Positions 1-11,037 of a stretch of 64,000 nt of DNA are shown here, in pieces (position 1 is the first letter of the stretch; every line of letters begins with the position of its first letter). The stretch is from an uncultured Bacillota bacterium (GTDB taxonomy: Bacteria > Sysuimicrobiota > Sysuimicrobiia > Sysuimicrobiales > Segetimicrobiaceae): positions 288,001 to 352,000 of the forward strand of contig CAWDRG010000005.1 of NCBI GenBank assembly GCA_963804645.1. Direction: 5' to 3'. The notes under the pieces were generated by a model. That model saw only the letters and a list, made by a program, of their open reading frames with translations, was not told the DNA's origin and made no database searches. A program made the translations under genes and the position numbers.

Positions 1-200
1 TTTCGCGAGGCGTTGAACTTGTTCACGAACGCCGACAGCACGGTATCGCCAAGATTTCCGCCCATCGCGTGCCAGAATGTGATCCGCACCGGTGTCTGCG
101 CCGACACGAACGGCACTCCAAACCCTCCGGCCGCCGCGGTCCCCACAGCGACCGCCCCGGCCGTCTTGAGCAGCTTCCTGCGTGTCATCCCTGTTCCCAT
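1..200 (-). CDS. ugpB: Sugar/glycerol-3-phosphate ABC transporter substrate-binding protein, N-terminus (runs off the window)
   Basis: Manual translation from ATG at 200: MGTGMTRRKLLKTAGAVAVG...AQTPVRITFWHAMGG. Twin-arginine signal, the ITFWHAMGG motif of UgpB-like proteins, GGAGG RBS, downstream of two ABC permeases. Confidence 0.8.
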   Translation of the reverse strand, partial: MGTGMTRRKLLKTAGAVAVGTAAAGGFGVPFVSAQTPVRITFWHAMGGNLGDTVLSAFVNKFNASR

Positions 201-374
201 CCGCCACCTCCCTATGCGACTCCCACCCAGCCGTACGTACACACTCGTGCGACCGTTCCCGGCGCACGCCGTGTCCGTCCCCCGACCCACCTCTCCCTTT
301 GTTACAGCATGCCCCGCGCGAAACCGCCATCGGGCGCGCGTCCGATTTCGTCGCCGTGTCGCCGGACGGTCCGA

Positions 375-1262
375 CTACCCCTTCACCGCCCCGGCGGTCA
401 ACCCCCGAACCACGTGCCGGTATCCCAGCAGCAGCAACAGCACGGTCGGCAGCACGATCAGGACCACGCCCGCCATCACGAGGCTCCACGCCACGATCTC
501 CTGGGACTGGAGGTACGCCAGCCCGATCTGTGCCGTCCGCATGTCCGTGGAGTTGATGACCAGGAGCGGCCACAGGTATTGGTTCCACGACGAGAGGAAC
601 GCGTAGATGCCGAGCGTCGCGAGCGCCGGGCGCGACAGTGGCAGCACGATCGCCCACAGGAACCGACGCCGCGACGCGCCGTCGATGCGCGCCGCGTCCT
701 GCAGCTCCCGAGGGATCGTCATGAAGAACTGCCGGAGCAGGAACGTCCCGAACGCGGTCGCAAGATACGGGGAGACCAGCGCCGCGTACGTATTGATCCA
801 CCCGAGCGACCGGATCGTCAGATAGTTCGGAATCAACGTGACCTCGCCGGGGATCATCAGCGTGGCGAGGAACACGAAAAACAGAGTCTGGCGACCGGGA
901 AACTCTATGAAACTGAACGCGAACGCCGCGAGCGAGGCGGTGGCGAGCTGCGCGAGCGTGATAGTGCCGGACTGCACGAACGAGTTCAGCAGGAAGCGCC
1001 CGAGCGGGAACTGCTCTAAGGCGGACACATAATTGCTGAGGGTAAGCGTGTGCGGCCAGAGGGTGGGCGGATACTGGTCAACCTCGGCGGATCCCTTGAG
1101 GCTCGTGAGGATCGCGAACAGCAGGGGAAACAGGACGACGACCCCAACCGCCACCATCAGCACGTCCGTGCCCACGCGTCCGATCATGCGGCGCGGCGAC
1201 CGCACGGCGCCGCGCCGGGCCAGACCGGGCCGATCCGCCGCCGTCGCGACCGCCGGGCTCAC
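375..1262 (-). CDS. ugpE: Carbohydrate ABC transporter permease (UgpE/MalG type)
   Basis: EAA loop ELQDAARIDGAS and multiple TM segments. GTG start overlaps the upstream stop (GTGA). Confidence 0.88.
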   Translation of the reverse strand: MSPAVATAADRPGLARRGAVRSPRRMIGRVGTDVLMVAVGVVVLFPLLFAILTSLKGSAEVDQYPPTLWPHTLTLSNYVSALEQFPLGRFLLNSFVQSGTITLAQLATASLAAFAFSFIEFPGRQTLFFVFLATLMIPGEVTLIPNYLTIRSLGWINTYAALVSPYLATAFGTFLLRQFFMTIPRELQDAARIDGASRRRFLWAIVLPLSRPALATLGIYAFLSSWNQYLWPLLVINSTDMRTAQIGLAYLQSQEIVAWSLVMAGVVLIVLPTVLLLLLGYRHVVRGLTAGAVKG

Positions 1263-2182
1263 TGGTACGTCACCCGATGCTCGAACACGAGGAACTGAAT
1301 GGCCGTGAGGATGAGCATCATCACGAAGAGCAGCATCGCCTGCGCCGCCGCGTAGCCGAACCGGAAATTGATGAAGGCGTTCCGGTAGATCGAAAACACG
1401 ATCACGTTGGTCGCGCCGACCGGTCCGCCTTGGGTCAAAATGTTCACCTGCCCAAACGACTGCAGCACGCCGAGGGTCGCAACCACCCCGACAAAGAAGA
1501 GCGCCGGGGAGATCGCCGGGATCACGACGTGCCGGAACACCGCCCACTGCCCCGCGCCGTCGATCCGCGCCGCTTCCACGAGCTCATCGGGCACGCCCTG
1601 CAGCGCGGCGAGGAGGACGACGACGTTGAACCCGAGGTCCTTCCACACCGTCGTCCCGGCCACGGCCAGCAACGCCCAGTGAGGATCGGTGAGCCATCCG
1701 ATCCGGGGGCCGTGCACGAGCGACAGCAGGTAGTTGAGGATGCCCACATTCGGGTCGAACAGCCACTCGAAGATCAACGCCGCGGCGGCAATGCTGACCG
1801 CGATCGTCAACGAGTAAGCGGTGCGGTACAGTCCGATCCCGCGCATCCGCCGGTTGGCGAGCATGGCGAGCGGGAGGCCGAACACGATGCCGGCGGGCAC
1901 CGTGTACACGGCGAACAGGAACGTGACCCGCAGGCTGTTGAGGAAATCCGGGGAGGTCAGCAGCTGCGCGTAGTTCTGCGCGCCGACGAACACCGCGAGC
2001 CCGCCGAACGGGTTCGTCTCATAGAGGCTGAGCTGGACGTTCCGGACGAGCGGATAGAACACAAACACCAGAAACACGACGAGCGACGGCACCAGGTAGG
2101 CGAGCGCGTGCGCCAGGTCGCGCCGGGAGCGCGCGCGATGCGCCCGGTCGGCCCCCGCGGCGGCCGGCACCCCGGCGCTCAT
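1259..2182 (-). CDS. ugpA: Carbohydrate ABC transporter permease (UgpA/MalF type)
   Basis: ELVEAARIDGA EAA loop and TQGGPVGATNVIVFSIY motif. Confidence 0.88.
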   Translation of the reverse strand: MSAGVPAAAGADRAHRARSRRDLAHALAYLVPSLVVFLVFVFYPLVRNVQLSLYETNPFGGLAVFVGAQNYAQLLTSPDFLNSLRVTFLFAVYTVPAGIVFGLPLAMLANRRMRGIGLYRTAYSLTIAVSIAAAALIFEWLFDPNVGILNYLLSLVHGPRIGWLTDPHWALLAVAGTTVWKDLGFNVVVLLAALQGVPDELVEAARIDGAGQWAVFRHVVIPAISPALFFVGVVATLGVLQSFGQVNILTQGGPVGATNVIVFSIYRNAFINFRFGYAAAQAMLLFVMMLILTAIQFLVFEHRVTYQ

Positions 2183-2246
2183 CGGCAGGCACTCCGCGTG
2201 GCCCCTCGGGGGGGTCGCATGCGTTTGGCGAAGGCGTCCGTGCGCG

Positions 2247-3026
2247 TCATCGCGGGCCGAGCATCCGCAACAGCAACCGGCTGTCGTTCGACGTGACCCC
2301 GTCGACGCCAAGCGCGAGGCAGCGGCGGACGGTGTCCTCGTCGTCTACCGTCCACACGAGCACGCGCAGCCCGGCCGCGTGGGCGCCCGCGACCACCCCC
2401 TCGGTTACGTACGCCCAGTGCACGCACAGCGCATCCGCGTCGGCGGCGCGCGCGGCCGCGGGCGCGTCGACGAGACGCGCCGCGTAGATGATCCCGGTCG
2501 GGCTGTGCGGCGACTGCGCGCGGACGGCGCGCACGCTCTCGTGATCGAAGGACATCAGCAGCACGTGCTCGTCCATGCCGCGGTGCCGGATCGCCTCCAC
2601 CGCCTGCTGCTCGATCCCCTCATAAAACGTGGGCGCGTTCTTGACCTCGACTTTGAGCAGCGCCCGCCCGCGCACCAGGTCGAGCACCTCGTCGAGGAGC
2701 GGGATCCGCGTCCCCGCAAACTCCGGGGCAAACCACCGCCCGGCATCCAGCCGCCGCAGCTCCTCGAACGTGAGCGCGGCGACGGCACCGCGCCCGTCGG
2801 TCGTGCGGTCCACCGTCTGGTCGTGGATCACCACGACGCGTCCGTCGCGCGTGCGCTGAATGTCGCACTCGACCGCCGGCACACCCTCGTCCAGGGCCAG
2901 CTGAAACGCCGGCAGGGTATTTTCGGGCGCGTACCGCGATGCGCCCCGGTGGGCGACGGTGAGCACGCGGCCGTCCCCCCAGAACCGCCGGCCCCGCACG
3001 TCGCCCGCGCTCACCCTCGCCTCCAC
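2247..3026 (-). CDS. ugpQ: Glycerophosphodiester phosphodiesterase (GDPD)
   Basis: AHRGASRYAPENT, VECDIQRTRDG, VIHD, VWTVDD and GVDGVTSN motifs. Confidence 0.92.
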   Translation of the reverse strand: MEARVSAGDVRGRRFWGDGRVLTVAHRGASRYAPENTLPAFQLALDEGVPAVECDIQRTRDGRVVVIHDQTVDRTTDGRGAVAALTFEELRRLDAGRWFAPEFAGTRIPLLDEVLDLVRGRALLKVEVKNAPTFYEGIEQQAVEAIRHRGMDEHVLLMSFDHESVRAVRAQSPHSPTGIIYAARLVDAPAAARAADADALCVHWAYVTEGVVAGAHAAGLRVLVWTVDDEDTVRRCLALGVDGVTSNDSRLLLRMLGPR

Positions 3027-3045
3027 GATTCGGCGCCCATCGGGA

Positions 3046-3876
3046 TCACGCGCGGGGCAGCAGCCCGCGCAGGTCCTCCAAGACGAATTCCGGCCGGACG
3101 GAGGACGCGGCGAGGTGCTCCCGCCGGGTCGCGCCCGTCAGCACGAGCGCGGTGTGCATCCCGGCCCGCACCCCCATCGCCACATCGGTGTCCAGGCGGT
3201 CGCCGACGACGATCGCCTCGGCGGGCCGGACGCCGAGGCGCGACAGCGCGGCCCGGGCCATCGTCTCGGAGGGCTTGCCGACCACCGCGTCCGCGCGCAC
3301 GCCCGTCGCCGCTTCGATCGCGGCGGTGATCGCCCCGCAGTCGGGCAGCCCCCCGCCGGGGACCGGGCAGTACGGATCGGGATTCGTCGCGACCAACCGG
3401 GCACCGCCCCGAATCGCGTCAAACGCGATCTGCAGCTTGCGGTAGTCAAACGTCCGGTCGAAGGCCGCCACGACCACGTCGGTCTCCCCGGGGTCCTCGG
3501 TCAGGCGACACCCACCCCGACGCAGCTCGTCCTGGAACGGCGCCTCGCCGATCACAAACAGCCGGGCGCCCGGATGACACCGCTGGAGATACTCCACCAT
3601 GACGCCCGAGGAGTTGACGATCGCCTCGGGACGTGTCGGCACCCCGAGACGCGTGAGCAGCTCGGCGTAGTGTTCCCGGGTGTTGAGGGGCTTGTTGGAG
3701 AGGTACACGATGCGCCGGTCCAGAGCACGCAGCGCCGCGATCGTCGCCGCCGCACCGGGCAGCAGCTCGACGCCCAAATACATCGTCCCATCGAGGTCGA
3801 TCGCATATCCCTCGTACAGACTCGGGTCGACGGCAACCTCCTGCAACGCGGACACTGCCTCGCTTCCCCCCCGCAT
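3046..3876 (-). CDS. HAD-IIA family hydrolase (NagD-like phosphatase)
   Basis: DLDGT motif I, LSN, GKPS and VGDRLDTD motifs. Start codon approximate. Confidence 0.9.
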   Translation of the reverse strand: MRGGSEAVSALQEVAVDPSLYEGYAIDLDGTMYLGVELLPGAAATIAALRALDRRIVYLSNKPLNTREHYAELLTRLGVPTRPEAIVNSSGVMVEYLQRCHPGARLFVIGEAPFQDELRRGGCRLTEDPGETDVVVAAFDRTFDYRKLQIAFDAIRGGARLVATNPDPYCPVPGGGLPDCGAITAAIEAATGVRADAVVGKPSETMARAALSRLGVRPAEAIVVGDRLDTDVAMGVRAGMHTALVLTGATRREHLAASSVRPEFVLEDLRGLLPRA

Positions 3877-4151
3877 CTCGCCACGCGCGGCCGGGCGCGC
3901 TCGGCACCGGCCAAGCCGCCACTGCACCCACTCTTGGGCTGCGGCTCCGGTATCTGTTCGATGGCCCGCACGGCCAATACCTCCGTTCGACCGTGACGGT
4001 TCGATTAAGGAGCGGGCCACTCCCGAAGAACAGGCGGCGAGCCGGCGCGCGGCCGAGCCGCCGAAAGGGACCGAGCGGGCGCCCCACGAACATATCAAGA
4101 TACACCCTATTCGACGCGCACGGCGCCGACGCTTCGTGAAAGGAGCCCTCA

Positions 4152-5336
4152 ATGTCAGGACGACACTTTCTCCAGATTCCCGGGCCCACGAACGTGCCAG
4201 ATCGGATCCTTCGGGCGATGGACCGGCCGGTGATCGATCACCGAGGTCCGGATCTCCCGGCCGTGGTCGAGGAGGCGGTCGCCGGGCTCAAGCAGGTCTT
4301 TGCCACGACACGCGGGGAGATCGTCATCTACCCGAGCTCCGGCACGGGAGCCACCGAAGCGTCCCTCGTGAACACCCTCAACCCGGGCGACCGCGTCCTG
4401 GCGTTCAACATCGGGCACTTCAGCCATCTCTACAATGAGTGCGCCCGGAAGATCGGGGCGGCCGTCGACGAGCTCGACCTCCCCTGGGACGGCGGCGTGC
4501 CCGCCGACGTCGTCCAGGAACGGCTGTCCAAGGATACCGCGCACCAGTACCGCGCGGTCATGCTGGTCCACAACGAGACGTCCAACGGGGCCACGACCGA
4601 TCTCGCCGCGATCCGCCAGGCGATCGACGCCGCGCGGCACCCCGCGCTGCTCCTGGTGGATATGGTGAGCTCGGCCGCCAGCATCGAGGTCCAGTTTGAC
4701 GCCTGGGGCATCGACGTCGGGGTGACGGGCGCGCAGAAAGGCCTGATGCTGCCCCCGGGGCTGGGGATTTTGTGCGTCAGCCCTCGCGCGCTCGAGGCCG
4801 CGGCCAAGGTCACCACGCCCCGCTACTACTTCGACTGGCGGCCGGTGCTCGAGGAGATGCGCCGCGGGTATTTCCCCTACACGCCCGCGACGCTGTCGCT
4901 GTACGGACTCCGGGAGTCCATGCGCATGCTGCACGAAGAAGGCCTCCAGAACGTCTACGCGCGCCACCGCCGGCTCGCCGAGGGTGTCCGGCGCGCGGTG
5001 ACGGCGATGGGGCTCGCGATTCACTGCCGGCGTCCCGCCGAGTATTCGAACACCCTCACCGTGATCCGGGTGCCCGAGGGCGCCGACGCGAACGCGGTCG
5101 TGCGCATCGCGGCCGAACGCCTTCACCTGTCGCTCGGCCTCGGGCTGGGGCGCCTGCGGGGCAAGGTGTTCCGCATCGGCCACCTCGGGGCCCTCAACGA
5201 ACTCGAGGTCCTGGCCACGATCGCCGGGGTGGAAATGGCGTGCACGCTCGCCGGGATCCGGGTGCCGGTGGGCGCGGGCGTGGCGGCGTGTCAGGAGTAC
5301 TTCTTGGAGCAGTACGCCGCCGCGGTGCCCGGGTAG
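4152..5336 (+). CDS. Class V aminotransferase (serine/alanine-glyoxylate aminotransferase family)
   Basis: GRHFLQIPGPTNVP, VHNETSNG, TGAQKGLMLPPG (PLP lysine) and FRIGHLG motifs; AAGGAG RBS. Confidence 0.92.
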   Translation: MSGRHFLQIPGPTNVPDRILRAMDRPVIDHRGPDLPAVVEEAVAGLKQVFATTRGEIVIYPSSGTGATEASLVNTLNPGDRVLAFNIGHFSHLYNECARKIGAAVDELDLPWDGGVPADVVQERLSKDTAHQYRAVMLVHNETSNGATTDLAAIRQAIDAARHPALLLVDMVSSAASIEVQFDAWGIDVGVTGAQKGLMLPPGLGILCVSPRALEAAAKVTTPRYYFDWRPVLEEMRRGYFPYTPATLSLYGLRESMRMLHEEGLQNVYARHRRLAEGVRRAVTAMGLAIHCRRPAEYSNTLTVIRVPEGADANAVVRIAAERLHLSLGLGLGRLRGKVFRIGHLGALNELEVLATIAGVEMACTLAGIRVPVGAGVAACQEYFLEQYAAAVPG

Positions 5337-5368
5337 CGCCGCCGGACACACCGCCGGCGGCGGGCCGG

Positions 5369-5872
5369 CTAGAGCGGCCCGATCCGGAAGAACAGATTCA
5401 GCATAATAAAGACGCCGAGAATCACGATGGCCGCCGCGGTGGTCACCGCCAGGTCCACCGGCCCCCGTCGTCCGTCGCGGCTCTTGGGGAGTCCCCGCAC
5501 AAAGGTCCAGTGCTGAATGAGCGCGGCGGCGAGCGCGAGCGTCGCGAGAATCACCAGGAAGTACCCTACCCGCAGCGGAGCGTCCGCGCGGATACCCGCA
5601 AGCTTGTCCTTGCCGAGCACGCCCTGCTGCAGCACGTACTCCACGGTCTTCGCCAGCGTAAACCCGAAGGTCATCATGGAGATCGAGGTGCGAATCCACC
5701 CCATCAGCGTGCGCTCGGAGGCCATCCGGGTGCGGTGCGCCGAGAGGACGTCTGCGACCTTCAACTCCTGATCGAATGAGTCCTGGATCCCGGGGACTTT
5801 GATGTGCGTTGTAACCACACGTGTCGGCGTCATGCCGACAGGTGTCGACGTCGTGACCTCGGGGTCGGCCAT
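5369..5872 (-). CDS. DUF202/YidH-type membrane protein
   Basis: RTRMASERTLMGWIRTSISMMTFGF signature, three TM segments, GGAGGAG RBS. Confidence 0.8.
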   Translation of the reverse strand: MADPEVTTSTPVGMTPTRVVTTHIKVPGIQDSFDQELKVADVLSAHRTRMASERTLMGWIRTSISMMTFGFTLAKTVEYVLQQGVLGKDKLAGIRADAPLRVGYFLVILATLALAAALIQHWTFVRGLPKSRDGRRGPVDLAVTTAAAIVILGVFIMLNLFFRIGPL

Positions 5873-6153
5873 GTCGGTCTCCTCCGCGCGGCGCACGAGT
5901 CTCCCACCAGATCCGGGTCCCGGCGTCGTGTGTCGTTCGGAGCATGTTTCGCGACCGCGGCGCGTTCGGCCTTCACCTGTGGCCCGGTCCGGCGACGGCG
6001 GCCGCCACTGGACCGAGGCCACAGGAGTCTCAGCACGAACACGGAACTTCCCAGCGGGGACACGTCGGGGGCATCCACGCGGCCTCGTGACGCTCCGGAC
6101 CGCCGCGTGATGCGAGTCTCCCCGGGCTCGACGACATGTGCGAGGTGGGACAG

Positions 6154-6783
6154 ATGGCAGCGCAGCCGTCCGAATTTCCAGCAACGCTCGACGTCGAGTA
6201 TCCCGACCGGGAACTGAACAGGGTCACGACCGCGTTTCGATTGTTCGCCGCGATCCCAATCCTCATCATCCTGGTGCTGGTCGGCGGGGGCGGCGGCGAC
6301 ACGCGGTCGCACGGGGTCCAGTGGATCCACTCGGGCGGGCTCGTCGTGCTGCCGACGATCCTTATGCTGGTCGTCCGCCAGAAGTACCCGCGGTGGTGGT
6401 TTGACTGGAATCTCGCGCTCACGAAGTTCAATACCCGGGTCTTCGCGTACATGGCGCTGCTGCGCGACGAGTACCCGTCGACCGACGAGGAGCAGTACGT
6501 GCAGATTGCGATCCCATACCCGGATGCGGTGCACGACCTCAACCGATGGCTGCCGCTGGTCAAGTGGTTCTTGGCGATTCCGCACTACGTGGTCTTGCTC
6601 TTCCTCTTCGCGGCCGCGGTGTGCTGCGTGATCTTCGCCTGGTTCGCGATTGTGTTCACGGGACGCTATCCGCGCTCGCTGTTCGACTTCCTGGTCGGCG
6701 TCCTGCGCTGGGCGCTCCGGGTGACCGCCTACGCGTTCCTGCTGACAACCGACCGCTATCCGCCGTTTCAGCTGTCCGCCTGA
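6154..6783 (+). CDS. DUF4389-type membrane protein
   Basis: Internally duplicated motif (LNR...FRLFAAIP / LNRWLPLVKWFLAIPHY; KYPRWWFD / RYPRSLFD; DEYP / DRYPPF). Confidence 0.8.
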   Translation: MAAQPSEFPATLDVEYPDRELNRVTTAFRLFAAIPILIILVLVGGGGGDTRSHGVQWIHSGGLVVLPTILMLVVRQKYPRWWFDWNLALTKFNTRVFAYMALLRDEYPSTDEEQYVQIAIPYPDAVHDLNRWLPLVKWFLAIPHYVVLLFLFAAAVCCVIFAWFAIVFTGRYPRSLFDFLVGVLRWALRVTAYAFLLTTDRYPPFQLSA

Positions 6784-6849
6784 GGGCCCGACGCGCGCGG
6801 AGGAGGGACGCGCGATGGACCCGCCTTCGTCGCTCCGCGCGCTCCGCCG

Positions 6850-8793
6850 CTACGGAAGGTTTTCGATCGGCACCGGTTCCACCGGATCGGCCAGGGCAAT
6901 GCCGAACACGCGCGACAGGAAGTAGAGTTCGCCCTCCAGCGTCCGCTTGATGTTCTCGGCCCGGCGAAATCCGTGCTGCTCCCCAGGATACTCGATGAGC
7001 GCGACCGGCAGCCCCTTGGCGCGTACCGCCTCGAACATCAGCTCCGCCTGGTTCGGCGGCACGATCTTGTCCTCCAGCCCCTGAAACAGAATGAGGGGCC
7101 GCGCCATGCGCTCGAGAAAATGGATCGGCGAGCGCGCGTAGTACAGGTCGCGCCGCGCGGGATACGGCCCGACCAGTTGCTGGTCGTAGCGCGACTCGAA
7201 TTTGTGCGTGTCCTTGCGAAACACCTCGAGGTCGGCGATCCCGAAATGGCTCGCGCCGGCGGCGAACGCGTCGCGGAACACGATCGCGCACAGCGTCGTG
7301 TACCCGCCGGCGCTGCCGCCGCGGATGACGAGGCGGCGGCCGTCCGCCCGCCCCTGCGCCACGACGTACCGCGCGGCGTTGATGCAGTCGTCGACATCGA
7401 CGACCCCCCACTGACCGTAGAGGCGCTCGCGGTACTCCCGCCCGTACCCCGTGCTGCCGCCGTAGTTCACGTCGAGATACGCGAACCCGCGGCTCGTCCA
7501 GTACTGGGTGGTCAGGTCCAGGGTGGTCGACGTCGACCCGGTGGGGCCGCCGTGGCTGCGGACCAGAAGCGGCGGGCGCTCGTTGGCCGGCCCCGCCGCG
7601 TCGGGGTTCGTCGGCGCGTAGAAGAACGCGTGCGCGGTGAGGCCGCCCTCGGTCGGGAACTCGATCGCCTCAGGCCGCGCCAGATAGCGCGGATCGATCG
7701 CGAGTGCCGACGACCGGCGCACCGCCTCGGTCCCTCCGGTCGCGAGATCGAGGCGGACGACCGCGGGAAACGCCGTTGGGCTGGCGCCGACAAACCACGC
7801 GGCGCCGCCGCGGCACCGCACGCTGCCGATGCTGGTATACGCCAGGTCCAACGGGCGGATCTCTCGGGCGCCGGGCTCGAGGACACCCATCCGGCCGCCG
7901 GCGCGGGTCCGGTACGCACACACGAGCCGTCCGCTCGACTCGATCGCATACAGCGACATCGCGAACTGCCACTGGGGTCCCGCGAACTCCGCGTCCATCG
8001 GACACACCGGCTCGTCGCCCCCAGCGCGCCACCGGTACAGATTCCACCAGCCGGTGCGGTCCGAGACGAAGTACAGGGTGCCGTCCGGCGCCCACTCCGG
8101 CTGCGCGATCGACTCCCGCAGGCCGCCGGCGACGCAGGCGCCGCGCGCGACGGACCCGTCGGCGTTGAGGTCGGCGACCCACAGCTCCGTGCCGTCCCAC
8201 GGCATGTTCGGGTGATTCCATGTCAGGTACGCGAGGCGCGAGCCGTCGGGGCTGAGGCGCGGCGAGGAGTAAAAGTCGTTGCCGCCGGCGAGGATCTGCC
8301 CGCCGCGATCATCGCCGTCCCATCGCACCGCGACGATCGTGTTCACCGCCTCCGGCGCACCGGTCGTATGATCCTCGCGAACGCACACGAGCCGCGCCCG
8401 CCGGGGATCCGGCACCGCGTCCGCGTAGCGCAGATCCACTCCCGGCGTGAGCGGCCGCGGGGCCGCACCCGGATCCTGCCGGTACAGCCGCTGGTCGGCG
8501 AAGTTCGAGAAGAAGACACGGCCCTCACAGACGGTATAGGCGCCGCCGCCGTACTCGTGGACGCGCGAGCGGGCGCTCATCCCCTGCGGCGTCACGTCCT
8601 CGATGCGACCGTCCGCCCCCCGGCGCACGATGACGTGCCGTCCGCCCTCCGCGGGGCGTCCCTCGATCCAGTACACGGCCTCGCCGTCGAGCGCGATCGC
8701 GTCCAGTCCGACCGTCCCGGACACGATCAGGTCCGCGGTGATCGGAGAAGTCCACGAGCCGTACGGTGCGGTCTGCGCGGGCGCCATCGCCAT
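6850..8793 (-). CDS. S9 family peptidase (prolyl oligopeptidase/acylaminoacyl peptidase)
   Basis: APYGSWTSPI start, HGGPT, GGSAGG nucleophile, QGLEDKIVP and EQHGFR motifs. Confidence 0.93.
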   Translation of the reverse strand: MAMAPAQTAPYGSWTSPITADLIVSGTVGLDAIALDGEAVYWIEGRPAEGGRHVIVRRGADGRIEDVTPQGMSARSRVHEYGGGAYTVCEGRVFFSNFADQRLYRQDPGAAPRPLTPGVDLRYADAVPDPRRARLVCVREDHTTGAPEAVNTIVAVRWDGDDRGGQILAGGNDFYSSPRLSPDGSRLAYLTWNHPNMPWDGTELWVADLNADGSVARGACVAGGLRESIAQPEWAPDGTLYFVSDRTGWWNLYRWRAGGDEPVCPMDAEFAGPQWQFAMSLYAIESSGRLVCAYRTRAGGRMGVLEPGAREIRPLDLAYTSIGSVRCRGGAAWFVGASPTAFPAVVRLDLATGGTEAVRRSSALAIDPRYLARPEAIEFPTEGGLTAHAFFYAPTNPDAAGPANERPPLLVRSHGGPTGSTSTTLDLTTQYWTSRGFAYLDVNYGGSTGYGREYRERLYGQWGVVDVDDCINAARYVVAQGRADGRRLVIRGGSAGGYTTLCAIVFRDAFAAGASHFGIADLEVFRKDTHKFESRYDQQLVGPYPARRDLYYARSPIHFLERMARPLILFQGLEDKIVPPNQAELMFEAVRAKGLPVALIEYPGEQHGFRRAENIKRTLEGELYFLSRVFGIALADPVEPVPIENLP

Positions 8794-8819
8794 CCTCCTG
8801 TGGATCGACTGAACCGCCG

Positions 8820-10981
8820 CTACGGCGTCGCGGGGGCGGGGTGGCCGTCGCGGTACAGCCAGCGGTACACCGCGGCGGACTGCAGCACCGTCTTGACGTA
8901 GTCGCGGGTCTCGAGATACGGAATCTCTTCGACAAACAACGCCGGGTCGACGCCGGGACGCTGCGCCATCCACCGGTTGACTGCGCCCGGCCCTGCGTTG
9001 TAGGCCGCGACGGCCAGATCGACGCGCCCGAACTGCTTGAGCAGCTCCGACAGGACGACCGTCCCCAGCAGGGCGTTCGTCTGGGGGTCGGCGAGCGCGC
9101 GGCTGTCGGGCGGCGCCACGCCGGCGTTGCGGGCGGCGCCCTGCGCCGTGCCCGGCATGAGCTGCATCAGGCCGAACGCCCCGGCCGACGACAGCGCGAC
9201 CGGATCAAACCGGCTCTCCTCGCGGATCACGCCGGCGACGAGATACGGATCGACGCCCGTGCGGCCGGCGGCCTGCGCGATCGGCGCCCACTGTCCCTGT
9301 GGATACAGCGCGTTCCACAGCGCGAGCGGCAGCGCGTGTCCCGCGGCGCCCGGCGTGAGCGCGCGCGCGTCTTCGGCGACGCGAATGCCCGCCGCGGACC
9401 TGCCCCTGCCGCTCGAGCGCCTCGCTCAACAGCAGCGTGACGGCCGGGCGGTCGCCGGCCGAGGCGCCGTCCGCGGCGGCCTGCAGTTCCCGCTGTCGCG
9501 TCGTCCGTCTGCGCCAGCGCGTCGAGCTCCCGGTACCGGTCGAGCGTCGGAATCGTCCCCGTGGGGATGTCCGGAAGCGGCGCGGCCACCGGCACGCGCA
9601 TCGGCGCGCCCACCTGCGATGCCGCAAGCTGCCCGTAGTATGTCGCGGGGTACCGGGCCGCGGTCGCGCGGGCGTCGGCCGCGGCGTGCGCGCCGTCCCC
9701 GGCCGCGCCCGCCGCGCGGGCCGCCCAATACAGGCCGGCCGACGCCATCTCGTCGTCTCCGGCGGTGTCGACGAGCCCCAGCCACGCGAGCCGCGCGGGG
9801 CCCCACGCGTGCAGGCGGTACTCGATCCACCCGGCCTCCCAGCGCGCGCGGTCGCCCCAGTGGGTCCCGGGGAACCGGTCGCCGGCTTCGCGGAACAGCG
9901 CGACCGCCGGACCGAGCGCGGCCTGGTCCTCGCGGGCGGCCGCGATCATGTACAGGCCGCGCGGCGCGAGCGAGGATCGAGGGTAGTCGTGCGCGAGCGT
10001 CCGCGCGGTCCGAAGCGCGCCGGCCGCGTCGCCGCGGGCGAGCGCGATGCGCACGAGGTAGAACAGCGAGTCGTCCGCGTGCAGCTGCCTGAGGTTCACG
10101 TCCTGCTCGAAGTGCGAGGCCGCCTCATCGAAGGCGTGCCCGTCGAAGGCGAGCACCCCGAGGTAGTACAAGGCACCGTCCGCGACGATCCACCCTCGGG
10201 GCATGCGGAGGGCATGCCGGAGCTCGACGCGGGCATCCGCAATGCGCCCCGCGGCGATGTCGTCGACCGCGCGCTGGAACACCGCTTCCGGCGGCGTCGC
10301 GTCCGGCGGCAGCGCGTGCACGGCGGCGAGCGCCTTGACGCGCAGCGCCGAGGGCGCCGCGTACGGGCTCTCCGGAAACACCCAGAGCACGCGCCGGTAG
10401 GCTTGCACCGCGTCCGCCCACCGGGCGGCGGTCTCGAGCGCGAGGCCCATCTCGTACCATGCCTGGGCCGCGTGCTGACCGCCGCCGAAGGCCGCGAGAT
10501 ACTCGTGGTACGCGTCGGGCGCCGCGGGCGACCCCGAGCTCCGCATCGCCTCGGCGCGCCGGAACAGCGCGAGGCCCCGCAGCGTGGTGTCGGGGTACCG
10601 CGTCAGCAGATCCTGGAAGGCCGCGATCGCCGGGTCGAAGCGGCCCGCGTCCGCCGCGGCGACGCCCTGGTAGTACTCGGCGTAGTCCGCGAGCACCGGC
10701 AGCGCCTGCACCGTCTCGGCAAACGCCGCGCCCGCGTCGTCGTATCTGCCCTGCGTTAGGTTGATGATCCCGAGCAGGTACCGGCCCCGGCTTCCCTCCG
10801 GACCCGCGTCTTGGCTGAGCGGGGTGAGCATCGCCCGGGCGCCCGCCAGATCCCCGTGCGCGTACGCGGCGACCGCCGCGGCGAGCTGCGTGCCCGGCTG
10901 GGAAAAACTCGGCATTTGGGACGCCGCCAGCGCCACGGCGACGACCCCAACGCTGACGAAGATCCGGCGCAGAACGGTCAT
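8820..10981 (-). CDS. TPR-containing lytic transglycosylase (Slt70-like), read through frameshifts near 9390-9490
   Basis: Signal peptide and TPR helices, then SLT motifs IREESRFDP, GLMQLMP, AYNAG and ETRDYV in another frame. Confidence 0.82.
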
Positions 10982-11037
10982 AGGAGGTGTCGCACCGTTC
11001 GACGCCCTCACAAACCCATCCTTTGAGACCGCGGGCG